Positions 36,546 through 47,239 of a stretch of DNA of 64,000 nucleotides are shown piece by piece. The stretch lies in the NCBI GenBank assembly GCA_040285825.1, contig JAUPSS010000009.1, forward strand, positions 248,001 to 312,000. The letters are read 5' to 3'. The first letter of the stretch is position 1, and each line of letters starts with the position of its first letter. The translations under genes and the position numbers were made by a program. The notes beneath the pieces were generated by a model. The model did no database searches, was not told the origin of the DNA, and saw only the letters and a program-made list of their open reading frames with translations. The stretch comes from Eukaryota sp. TZLM1-RC (taxonomy: Eukaryota; Protista; Metamonada: BaSk clade).

Positions 36546-37268
36546 CTAAACCTTGCTGGATTCAACAGTAACTAGCTTCTGGGTTTCCACATCTACTTGC
36601 TTGTCAGGAGAGCAACATTCACAACAATGTCGTAGAATAACAATAATAAAGACAATTGACTCAACAAACAAATAGATACCAGCAGAAACAGGGTCATTGT
36701 ACTTTAACCAAGAAGTGTAAAGGTGGTCCATATTCAAAACAAGAATGAGTAAAGGAACCAAAACATAAAACGTCTGTCTAGTGAATCCTCCAAGAGAAAG
36801 TGATTTCGCTACACTATTGATAATGATAGAAGTAACCACGGAAGAAACTACGATCAGGACAAAGTATGAATGTTGCTTGAGAGGTTTCTTCTGGTAGAAC
36901 AACAATGATCCAATGATGAGACAAGAGATTGGGAAAGCGATGAGAGCATAGTGAAGGTCGTTATCATCAGGTGCCGCAACAACAGCAACAATAAACCAAA
37001 GAGCAAACACCAGTACTCTCGTTTGGGTGGTTAGGCGGCAGAAATATAACACAATGAGTAGAACCAAAGACAATATGCTGGAGACATATATATAGTCGCT
37101 GACGTCAAAATTGAACAGTAAAGATAACAGAGAGAGTAGTCCAGCAAGAACCGTTGGTACGAGGAAGGTCATGTACATTTTTTCAAGGAAGTTGTACTGA
37201 AGATCCTCATACATTGATGATGTAGGTTCCGGTGCAGTGGCGACATAGGTGGTAGTGGGAGTGTCCAT
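36546..37268 (-). CDS. Multi-pass membrane protein, possibly Bax inhibitor-1/TMBIM-like
   Basis: ATG at 37268 (MDTPTT); ~7 hydrophobic segments; FLEKMY and NDPVSAGIYLFVE resemble TMBIM motifs. Confidence 0.5.
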   Translation of the reverse strand: MDTPTTTYVATAPEPTSSMYEDLQYNFLEKMYMTFLVPTVLAGLLSLLSLLFNFDVSDYIYVSSILSLVLLIVLYFCRLTTQTRVLVFALWFIVAVVAAPDDNDLHYALIAFPISCLIIGSLLFYQKKPLKQHSYFVLIVVSSVVTSIIINSVAKSLSLGGFTRQTFYVLVPLLILVLNMDHLYTSWLKYNDPVSAGIYLFVESIVFIIVILRHCCECCSPDKQVDVETQKLVTVESSKV

Positions 37269-37429
37269 TCCTTTAAATAGTGGTCTTTCAGGGTGAAGAA
37301 AAATCCCCCTCACCAGCCACCCTGACACTAATCCCCCTCATAATCCCCCTGCCTTAGTTTTTGCTTTCTACTAGTCTAATCACCACTCTTTCTTATCTTA
37401 TGCCACTGTCCTTCCAGCTATTGTCCAAA

Positions 37430-37562
37430 AAAACTGTTTTCTTTGAACCTTCATCAACCTTGACTCTTTGAAGGTATTCCGGTTTATCGAAACTGCTACT
37501 CAATCAGTCTTGATGCTAGTCATGATGTACTTGGTATCTACTGAATAAAGTTTGGTGTTCTT
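37430..37562 (-). mobile_element. Internally deleted family-A Fanzor relic
   Basis: 37440-37488 matches ~15731-15778 (KPEYLQRVKVDEGSKK); 37492-37560 matches ~16870-16940. Confidence 0.7.
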
Positions 37563-38259
37563 GCTGTACAATACATTGTTTTATTCCATTATTATCATGT
37601 TGCAGTTGAATTGTTATCTGTTATTCTTTTAGAAATTGTTCAATAAAATTGTTCAATAAAATTTACTGTGGTTTTCACTTTGGTTGCATTTTGGTGTATT
37701 TTTTTCACCAACCAGAGCTTGCACCAACGTCTGGTTTCTCTCTACGACATCTATGGGCCTTAGTTTTCAACTTTTACTTAATGGTGTAGACATAAAACAC
37801 AGAAAACCTAGAACACACAGTTCCGGAGCTTCTTAGCATAATAACGTGCCAATAATGTTCAAATAAACAACAAAGAACATCAACTATTTATTTACAAAAT
37901 AACTTACTTTATTACAGATTGTCTAAATGAACAGAGATATCTTCAACAGTATTGAAAAGGGCTTCCAGCTCTCGTTCGTTCAGCTCAATGTTAACATTTT
38001 CCTTCGAGATGCCATTAGAAAGCTTCAAACCAAGTAAAACGCTAGGGACAGAAGTGGTTTTGTTTGATGAATGACTAACAGTTTTGTTTAACGTCCAATC
38101 AGAGCTTTCAAGGAAAGTTTTCCTGGTATTATTACCGGATTTTAGTTGTGGATTTTAGTTCTGCTGAAAGAACACATTTTATTCGATGTGTACGTGTTCA
38201 TCTACGTGTTCATCTACTAAAAATACTTTTAAAATATAGTTCAAAAAAATATACTAAAA

Positions 38260-38760
38260 ACACGTGCTTTGTACACGTGTTCGAACACCGCACACTTAAT
38301 CACAGTTCTTTTACTTTACACAATTCCAATGAACTATTTTAAGGAAAGAGACAAATAATAAACTACCCTGATTTGAGGTTTTTACATAAACAACAATAAC
38401 TGAAATGTGCAGAACACCGCATAAGTGTTGAACTGTTATAACTTATAAACATGTTGCACTTTTTGAAAATTTCAAAAAAGTGTCACTGAATAGGTCTGGT
38501 AAAACAATGAACTCCACTTTTTGGTTAAATAGAATTGTTTTTTGCATTTTCAAGTCTATTCCAACAATGATTTCAAAGGCACTTTTAGCTATTGGTGTAG
38601 AATATGAACGTAATGCTGTGAGTAGGTTTAGCAATAGTGACGCTTGTTTGGAGGATATTGAATTCTAGATGGGTTTTTTATCTCAATAAATATTCCAGTT
38701 AAAAACAATCAACACGTGTTCTGCACACGTGTTCGAACACCGGTGTTCCAGCACGTGCCG
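38260..38760. repeat. Direct repeats with CACGTG / GTGTTCGAACAC palindromes flanking a retro fragment
   Basis: CACGTGCTTTGTACACGTGTTCGAACACCG (38261-38290) and CACGTGTTCTGCACACGTGTTCGAACACCG (38713-38742). Confidence 0.7.
38460..38700 (+). mobile_element. 5'-truncated RLE retrotransposon 3' end
   Basis: NRSGKTMNSTFWLNRIVF..CLEDIEF* followed by TCTCAATAAATATTCCAG; near-identical to the reverse complement of 41765-42010. Confidence 0.9.
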
Positions 38761-39695
38761 TGTTTTTTCCACTATTGTTTTATTTAAACATTATACTAGC
38801 TGTACATTTGTAAGTAAAGACAATTTCGCTGCAAGAATATAAAACAAGGACAAACTAAAGCAGTAGGCGGGTAAAAAGGTTGTTAGTTTGACAGTAACAA
38901 GAAATTGCACTCAACCTATAGTTCACCAAATACACGAAACCCATTTTGGATTTTCAGCTATTCTCGGAAAATTTAAACTCGTGCATTTTCCAGCTTTGTA
39001 TTGAAATGGTTGTTCGCTGCAATCACAAAATCCGCTAATTATTGAAATTATAAATAGAAAAATCAAAAAATCTAAGAACTATTGATGGCAATTATTGATA
39101 TGGTACTAAAATCAAATGTTATAAACCGAATAGTCATAACGTAAAGTAGTTACAACAGGTATCCCCGATTGGTGTAAACAATCACTTTCCTAGTAATTTT
39201 GTCCCAAACACTAACGAAAAACATTTAAATGTTTTCATTCAAAAACAATTATTCAAAAAATCTATTCCAGAGCACATAGTTACTTCACACTCTCATCATT
39301 ATAAAATTTATTTAATTTATTTATTTAAAAAGAATTTATTTTGCACCTAATCACAGTGACCACCAAGTCCTCAACACTGCTATGGAAATGTTGATATCAT
39401 ATTGGTTCAGTGTGAGTCAAATTATTGGCAGTGTAGTGATGGCCAGATTTCTGCAAGATAGTTAATCTCTTTCAAGAATGAATTCATAGAACAATAATTT
39501 TATAAATTATAACTGTAAATCAGATAATATTTCTTAATGACATTAATCGTTACAACTTAGTTGAATCATTGTTTATACTATTAATAATAATTTCTTTCTT
39601 CAACGTGTTTTTTCATAAAAACGGGGTTAATCATATTACCCTTGTCCGAAAAATAATAACAAGTTAGAATGGATGGTGAAAAATAAATTTAGTAT

Positions 39696-41612
39696 TTACA
39701 AGCATTTTTTCCTATAGATAACGATCCATTTGCACAACAGAAAAACAAAATAAAGTGTGCAGTAACCAAACCAACCAAAAAACAAAGCAAAATTGTTCAA
39801 TGATTTGAAGTAATAATACCACTGAATAGAAAGTCCTAAGACACAAAGAAAAACTAATAAAACATTGGAAAAAACACCCAAATCTTTTCTTAAATAAAAG
39901 AACTCTTTGGAAGCATCCAACCTGGCTACAACTCCTTCAATATTAAATAAACTTGCAAAACTTAGTACACACGCTCCAGAAAAAATGATTCCAGTAAATT
40001 CAAAGAGGAACCGTCCATTTGAATAGGTACCAAAAGCAAAAAGGGGGGCGTATTGATCACCAAAAGTATTGTAAAAGAAAATAGAAATTCCACAAACAAA
40101 TGAAACAATAAAAATGACAGAGTAAACAACTAATTTGGGTAACTTAAATGAAAATTTCTTACTTGAAAATGGTATTGTTGCCCCTGAATGAAATATCGGT
40201 TCAGTAATCAGTCTTTGCAGGTCTTGATTGTCGGTCATAAATCGTTTTCGTCCAGGCAAAAACAGTTTCCATTCCCCTATTAAAAGCATCAAAAACCATA
40301 TTCCAATGGCTAAATACCCTGTCAGAAAGATTAATTCTAATGGTAAAATTAAAGTATTTTCAAAAAAAGACAGAGATTTTGTAGAGGTTTCCGCAAAGCT
40401 AAATTTCTGATTTACTACTCGCTGACGGTCTTTGACAGTCACTCGAATTTTGATCGTGTGAGTATCTTCCGTGAGTTGTCGAACATCAAATGGAAATGTA
40501 AAAAGATTAGGGTTATGGCTGGATTGAACGAAATCATGGAGCATAAAGGTGTCATCAATTAGCCCTTCAATAGTCACGTCATCGGGGTCGAAAGATGGGT
40601 CAAAAATTAGAATTCTGACCTCTTGAAGTTGTTGGAATTCTAGTTTCTTGATCTTTCCAACGAAAAGAGGATCAGGAAGGTTCAAAACTTGTACTACTGG
40701 GAAGATTTCTTCAGAATTCTTCAATACCTTTTGATTAATGACCATCCCATCAATCGTAATCAATCTAAACTGATTACTTTCCTTCAGATCAGGACAAGAC
40801 ATTTCCAGCATATAGTCATTGAATACTTGACCATCTGAATGTCCCAAATTATGATATGCTATCAAATCTTGGTGAAAATGTCCAGACAAGTAAACATCTA
40901 CGAGTGAAAATACTGACTTCAGATCAGTGAAAGAAAAAACAAAGGAAGCAGGCCAATGTTGAACAAGTATGACGTTATCAATCAAATCAATCTCATTCTG
41001 ATTGGACTTCTTCGTGATAGTTTCCTTTATCTTTGAGGCAACTTGTTTACTTATAAAAGTAAAGAAATTGACCCCACGTGACCATCCAAATTCGGAAGGT
41101 GAACTAACTACTATTCTAGAAGTGTAAGCACCCTTAATAACATCTTTGGAAAAGACAAGAGGGTCATCAGGACGAAGGGAAGCAGCAACAGAGTGATTGT
41201 GCCATGGTGAGGAGGAGAAGGAAGTGCCCCAAAGGTCATGGTTGCCTAGAGATTCCATGAAGGAAGTGGTAAAAAGGTCATGATCAAGGAGAGTGGAGCT
41301 GTATGAAGACCACTCTGTAGTGGATTGAGAACCAGAGTCAGCATCCACGATATCTCCCGAATGTATGACAGCATCAGGGTTGAAATGAGGAACCATTGAG
41401 AGAAATGAAGAGAAATTAATGGCATTAATAGGATCATTCTCTGAAATGTGAGTATCAGTAACCTGGAGGAGGACTAAAGGATCGAGAAGAGAGTTTGTTG
41501 GGGTGACAATATAATTAGGAGACGGTGTGGAGTATGACATTATAGGCATGACTACGCCAACAAAGACGATTATACATGATATGAACAGAAAGCAGTACAG
41601 AGATGCATACAT
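39696..41612 (-). CDS. TMEM62-like membrane metallophosphoesterase
   Basis: N-terminal TM segment; VTDTHIS, HSGDIVD, LGNHDLW, QHWP, YLSGHFH; Ig-like region; C-terminal TM helices. Confidence 0.8.
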   Translation of the reverse strand: MYASLYCFLFISCIIVFVGVVMPIMSYSTPSPNYIVTPTNSLLDPLVLLQVTDTHISENDPINAINFSSFLSMVPHFNPDAVIHSGDIVDADSGSQSTTEWSSYSSTLLDHDLFTTSFMESLGNHDLWGTSFSSSPWHNHSVAASLRPDDPLVFSKDVIKGAYTSRIVVSSPSEFGWSRGVNFFTFISKQVASKIKETITKKSNQNEIDLIDNVILVQHWPASFVFSFTDLKSVFSLVDVYLSGHFHQDLIAYHNLGHSDGQVFNDYMLEMSCPDLKESNQFRLITIDGMVINQKVLKNSEEIFPVVQVLNLPDPLFVGKIKKLEFQQLQEVRILIFDPSFDPDDVTIEGLIDDTFMLHDFVQSSHNPNLFTFPFDVRQLTEDTHTIKIRVTVKDRQRVVNQKFSFAETSTKSLSFFENTLILPLELIFLTGYLAIGIWFLMLLIGEWKLFLPGRKRFMTDNQDLQRLITEPIFHSGATIPFSSKKFSFKLPKLVVYSVIFIVSFVCGISIFFYNTFGDQYAPLFAFGTYSNGRFLFEFTGIIFSGACVLSFASLFNIEGVVARLDASKEFFYLRKDLGVFSNVLLVFLCVLGLSIQWYYYFKSLNNFALFFGWFGYCTLYFVFLLCKWIVIYRKKCL

Positions 41613-41764
41613 ATTAAAGAAGGGGAATTGGTCAATTTCAAATTTCTATTGAAACAAAATTGGAACGCTAAAAAAATAACACGCATCTCTTAGGTATTGT
41701 TTGCCTAAAGCCCAGAAACGAATTTTTTTGATCTTTTCTTTTATCTTTTGATTTTTTTTAAAAA

Positions 41765-43245
41765 CTGGAATATTTATTGAGATAAAAATAACCATCTAGA
41801 ATTCAATATCCTCCAAACAAGCGTCACTATTACTGAACCTACTCACAGCATTACGTTCATATTCTACACCGATAGCTAAAAGTGCCTTTGAAATCATTGT
41901 ATGAATAGACTTGAAAATGCAAAAAACAATTCTATTTAACCAGAAAGTGGAGTTCATTGTTTTACCAGACCTATTCAGTAACACTTTTTTAAAAATTTTC
42001 CAAAAAGTGCAACCCTGAAGGTCCAATATTGCCAAAAAGAGAAATTGCAAACGGCACAAACTGATATTTCACATGTTCCACTCTACCTAACTGTGCCAAA
42101 GGTTCTTCATATTTTTTTATCTTCTTTTTTTCGGCGTTAGATAACAGCGAATCAGCGGAATACACTAAACGAGCAGCAGAATTTTTGCAAACATCAACTG
42201 AGACAACATCTACAACATTGAGAACACCATCGATCCCCGGAGCTACTAAATCTGCCCTTCTTTTACCAAAGGAATCATCAGTTTGATCTGAAGACAGCTT
42301 ACGTACTAGTGGCTCAAAAAATGCCTCTATATTGAAACTTTTGTACATGGCATATAATTGATCACGAACTGAGTCATGAACAATTGAGCGATAAGTTATA
42401 AAATACTTACAGTTTAAAATATGGGAAAGCGTAACAACACTCTTGCAGCGACAAATTAAATCATTTGGTAATGAACAAGGCCATAGAAAACATCTCATTC
42501 TCATTGCAGTGGTCCATTGGTGATCATTAAGTAGAAGGCCATAAATGTGGGGAATTTGGGAGATTAGGCAACTTGAACAACTGTCTTCAAGATCAATCAA
42601 AAAGTTTGCAAAAATGGGATTTTTTTCCTTAGCCAAGCTAAGACGTACAATATAATCCAAGTTTTCTAAAACTTTCAAGATTTTTTTCTGCAATTTTGCA
42701 AAAGTCAGTGGTAATGAGAGCAAGCTTCTTGAAGGAAGTTCCACAATATCAGAGGGGAAACATTTAGCCCAAATATTGGGTGAAAGAGTTTCAATTTCCT
42801 GTTGCAAAGAAATAAGATAAGAGCTGCCACAATTTTCAATGAGATGAATTTTTTCAGGAAAACGATTCACAAATTCATAAATAAAATTCTTTCCACCTAT
42901 CTTTTGATTTTGGAAATGAATTTTTGGTTCAATGTGTGCTCAATTATTGAACAGCAAAGAGCACCATCTACAACTAAACAATTGGTGCATCGAAAACCAA
43001 AAAAATAATAGTTGGGAGATCCAGAGAACAGAAGATTCTGATCTACCGAGTAAATCAATGTCATGTGCAAAAGCAATTTTTGTTTTACGAAGAGCAGATG
43101 CAAGTGTTATTCCGTGTGTGGTAATAACTTTCACCTCAGTGAAAGGAGTCAGGGGTATATTGACAACAACAAGAAATATATTGTTGAATTTGCGTCCACC
43201 AACCTAAACTTGTTCAGAGAAACTTTCAAACTTATGATCTCCTGA
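41765..43245 (-). mobile_element. 5'-truncated RLE (CRE-like) non-LTR retrotransposon
   Basis: ORF 41989..42870 with CRC..HILNC..RSIVHD knuckle and RRADL..VDVV..KKKIKKY RLE; 3' AATAAA. Confidence 0.9.
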
Positions 43246-43251
43246 GAAAAA

Positions 43252-44771
43252 CCTGAGAGAGATAAATATGTTCATTTTAGGTACACTCAAAATCAACGAA
43301 GATTTGAGTCGAAAAGTTTCAAATTCAAAAGAATAAGAGACAGCATACGTGATGACACTCTTATCACAATAAGTAAGTCTACTGGTAGAGTGATTGATCT
43401 ATCCAATTATGAACCATCTGAAGAGCAACAACAAAGGATGGCTTTAAGCAGCAGTATAATTAATCAAATGACTGAAAGAACAATTAGTTTATTAAGAGGT
43501 GAAGTACCTCAAGAAATCAATATTCCCCACGAAATTGACTACTCATTAAATTTGAGAAATAATGAACAAAAAACTAAATCTGTAGCAGAATGGGAAGCGA
43601 CTTTATCCCAATTCAATTCCAAAAGCTGCAGGTTTGATAGATTTATGGAGTATATTAAACAAAAGAATTTTGTGAATAGTATTGTTCGTCAAGTCTATCA
43701 TCAAAACAAATTTAGGAAATTAAGACGGTGGGCTGAGATCAATCGCACAAGGTCTGAGGCAAAGATGATTCAGAGATTCAAATCAGTAATTGGTGATCCA
43801 TGTCAAGTAGTTATCGGAATCGGAGACTGGGAACAACCAAAACAAATGAAATTCAAAGAACCTACCAAAGAAAAAAGTTTGAGAATTCTATTGAAAAAGG
43901 CTGGCTATAAGGTCTTTTTAATTGATGAGTTTCGAACCAGTTGGTGTTGTTTCAACTGCAAGAAAGCGGAGAAAACAGTTGAAACATTCCGATGGTGCAG
44001 AAATCTTAGGCCAAGGAAGAGGCATGAGATGTCTATTCGTCACGGGCTTACCATGTAAAAAGTATTTATTGAATTTGCACACTTAATTAAATTAGATCAT
44101 AACTAATGGGACGACTATCATTGAACCAAGATTTCCTCTACAAAATCTTGATTTGCTTGCTGTCTAACTAAAGCTTCTCTAATTCGATTGAAAAACCGCG
44201 GTAATCTATTAATAATGGCAAATTGAATCCGTGAACGCCGTAAAAAATTTCAAATCTTTTCATTGTTTTTTCTTGCACCATTTTTTGGAAGTCATCCAAA
44301 AAAGTTTCTGCTTCGACTGATAATCTACCATTTATCGAAAATGGGAAAGCAATAAAAGCCAGCTGTGTATTTCTATCGACATTTGCTTCTTCAATATCTT
44401 TATCATATTTTCTATGTTTCTCTTTTGCTTTAAAATCCAGAGCAGCCACCGGATTAAGTTTTCTTCTGTGAACCAAAGTATCATTTGCAACATTACATGA
44501 GACAAAGTCAACAATAGCTTCAGAATTATCAATCCAACCATGTGCTTACCATGTGTAAATCATGTGAAAGTTTGTGGAATAGAGATCGAAATGCTTCGCT
44601 GGATATGTTGGCAGTGATAGAAGCACATGTAAAAGGCGGAGATTGACCAGTAAGGTTGATGAAATTTCAAAGAAAAAGGCATCAAGGACAAAATCTTCCA
44701 CTTCTCAAAAACTGAGTCCTCTACATCGGTGTAAAAAGGACACTTATTTCATTGTTATAGACATCATCTGT
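43252..44771 (+). pseudogene. Family-A Fanzor, 5'-truncated, interrupted by a retrotransposon
   Basis: ORF 43390..44058 near-identical to 15986..16756 (IGDW, IDEFRTS, CFNC); resumes at 44544 with CKSC..WNRDRNAS and the right end. Confidence 0.92.
44057..44543 (-). mobile_element. 5'-truncated RLE retrotransposon inserted in Fanzor with 11-bp TSD
   Basis: TSD GCTTACCATGT at 44046-44056 and 44544-44554; RLE C-terminus (KAKEKHRKY..FPFSINGRLS). Confidence 0.9.
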
Positions 44772-44775
44772 TTCA

Positions 44776-45192
44776 ATGATCTCCGCACAAGAACTTCTTT
44801 CATGGATTCTGTCTCTTGACAGAGTTACTACTTCTACTTTCCTTTTTTCTATGGGTGCAATTTTTCTATTGCTGTTTTTGTTCTATGTCACTGCACTTTG
44901 CTTGAAGGACTACTACGAAGAAACAAGACTTCCTGATGTTACCCAAAAAGCTCCTATAAGAAGGGACTCTGTTCTAGTGATGGATAGCCCTGAAATTGCC
45001 TCATCACCCAGCATATCACCTGTAAACAAACCGCTTCGCACCCAATCTTCTGGAAATCTTCATCGTTCGAAATCTCCTCCACCATTGTCACCCAGGAATG
45101 TGGTTACCAGGACACGAGCCTATAGCTCTCCATCACCTAGACCATCCAGTCCATTTTACAAACATTCAAGGTTGGTGAATAACGCTTTGTAG
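44776..45192 (+). CDS. Small single-pass membrane protein with Ser/Pro-rich tail
   Basis: 138 aa, one TM segment; AATAAA near 45231. Confidence 0.65.
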   Translation: MISAQELLSWILSLDRVTTSTFLFSMGAIFLLLFLFYVTALCLKDYYEETRLPDVTQKAPIRRDSVLVMDSPEIASSPSISPVNKPLRTQSSGNLHRSKSPPPLSPRNVVTRTRAYSSPSPRPSSPFYKHSRLVNNAL

Positions 45193-45250
45193 CTTCAATT
45201 TTGGGTTTCTTGTATAGAATGTAAATTATTAATAAATGTTTATTGTTTTA

Positions 45251-45502
45251 TTAACTAAAACCTTCTTTATTGAAATCATATGTTTGGTCAGAGGGCTGAG
45301 GAACAATTTGAACATGGCCTTGTAATCCCAAACCAGTTATCAACTGGTCTAACAGCTGCTCAGCTCCCATAAGAGGAGCAGCAGAAGACTGTGGTGTAGG
45401 GAGGACAGACGGTATTCTACGTGCACTGGTATTGGTGTCTGATGAAGAACAATAAGAAGGTGATGCTACTTCTTTTGCATTAAACTCAAGTGCTGGATCC
45501 AT
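45251..45502 (-). CDS. Small hypothetical protein (83 aa from ATG 45502)
   Basis: MDPALEF..; AATAAA right after the stop; convergent with the 44776 gene. Confidence 0.5.
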   Translation of the reverse strand: MDPALEFNAKEVASPSYCSSSDTNTSARRIPSVLPTPQSSAAPLMGAEQLLDQLITGLGLQGHVQIVPQPSDQTYDFNKEGFS

Positions 45503-45505
45503 ACT

Positions 45506-45589
45506 TACAGATATTGTCTTTAGCAACGAAAAAGTGTCTTTTTTAAACCAATGTACAGAGACTGAGTGTTTTCAAAGATTTTCTTCTTA
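45506..45589 (-). mobile_element. Diverged family-A Fanzor right end (omegaRNA-only remnant)
   Basis: AAGAAGAAAATCTT..CTCAGTCTCTGTACATTGGTTTAAAAAGACACTTTTTCGTTGCTAAAGACAATATCTGTAA aligns with 36001-36091. Confidence 0.75.
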
Positions 45590-46205
45590 AGAATTTCACA
45601 TCAAGCGGATATTGAATAAATATCGCCACTGATGTAAACTTCTCAACACCAAGGGTTAGTATACACTAAATACCTTGGAAATACGTTGATGAAAACAGCT
45701 ACTGCTGTCTCCTCAGACATCTTACATGCCTTGGTCTTCGGAATGGTTCTGTCCTAGTACCAGTGAAATACTCACTGATTACAGTCTCCAGCTGATTTCT
45801 GGAGGCTGAGATGTCCCTAGACCAGTTAGTCTGACATCGAGGGCAATCCAACTTAGCGTTATTTACCCTTCCGTCATCATGATATATCTTTCTATGGAAG
45901 ACCTTACAACAATTCACTTTTGCTGAGGTCGTAAACTCGTCCCCCACTTTAACGTTTTCAAAGTGTTTTTGGATTTGTTTGAGAAATCTCTTTCTGGGGG
46001 ATTTCACAGCTTGACGAGATGGACCGCTGTCGCCATTGCCGAACCAAACTATAGTGTTTCTTCCTTTTGACAAGCGTTTAATTTTGTTAATAAAACGAGT
46101 TAGTCTCTTTTGTCTTCGTATGAAAAAATCAAACTTATTTCTTCTAAGTTTTTTTCTTGCATCACGCTGCAGGTTTCCACACGTAATTGAAGAATATTCA
46201 AGGCA
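45590..46205 (-). pseudogene. Family-B Fanzor 3' fragment with omegaRNA region
   Basis: ORF 45699..46217 is highly similar to the C-terminal ~165 aa of 32347..34212; the noncoding tail is conserved to GTGAAATTCT. Confidence 0.93.
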
Positions 46206-47143
46206 TTGTTCAATCAATCGATGACGTCATTGTCTACGTTACCAACAACAAAGGGGACGGAATTGCTGAACTATGGGAGTCAATTGTAGAGACACTTAAA
46301 AATAGAGTCACCTGTTTATTTTGTAATTTTAAACTTAATTTCTCAAATCTGTACATTTGTTTTCATCAAATCTCCAATCCATTAACTTTAATGTTTCTAC
46401 TGCATATTTGTGACTCCAACCTCACCAGTCTTCATCAGCAACTGAACGTAGCCCTGCAGAAAGTACAGATGTGTAAAGTCGGCATGTAGTTTGAATGTCA
46501 AAGCTATTCCACAGTAAGTAGCCCACATTCTAATCATTTTATCACTATCTGTGAGTAATTCTGAAAGTATTAATAATAAACCGTTTTCATTCACTCTACT
46601 TTGGTTGTAGTTAAGATATCTTAATGCAATAGTCAGTAACGGTAACTACAGTATCGACTGGTTGTTTTCAAAGAAAAAAGCTTCTATATTATTTGATAAA
46701 ATTTCCACACAAAGCTCCAGGAACACCAAGTGAACCTACATAAACTTTACAGTTTTGTTGCTTCATGTGCTATAAAACTTGGAAGTCCCTGATTACTGTA
46801 AAATTTTAAGTTTTTCAATGAGAAAGAGTTATTATTATTTGTTCAATTTTTAATTGATCAGACGTTTTGACAAGTTCTAATACTAAAGGATTTGATATTC
46901 CAATATTATGCTACAGGTTGGCCCTTCGTGGCAATTCTTTTCCAGAAATAGTGGAATCAGACAATATCCAACCATTTTTATCTATTTTTTGGCAAGTGGT
47001 TTGCTCAGGTTTTAATGGTTTAATCATTTGTGATTAAACTGTATATGGATAAATATTTATTGCGTCAAAATCTGGCAAGTCCTTGAGACTCTGAGTTGTT
47101 TTCTGTTGAATGAATCTAAAGGGTGTCTTTATGATACAATTAA

Positions 47144-47239
47144 TGATGCCGTAGGTTGGAAAAGTGGGTTAAGATGAAGATAATGAGGAAAAGTTGATCT
47201 ATTTTCTAATCATAACATATAAGCCTTAGGGCGCCAACA
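47144..47239. mobile_element. Diverged copy of the ~110-bp mini-element
   Basis: TGATGCCGTAGGTTGGAAAAGTGG..TAAGCCTTAGGGCGCCAACA aligns with 59449-59558. Confidence 0.7.

Noticed and set aside
41697-41722. TGTTTTGCCTAAAGCCCAGAAACGA similar to ~56708-56730
   Set aside because: About 25-nt imperfect match only; no element boundaries definable.
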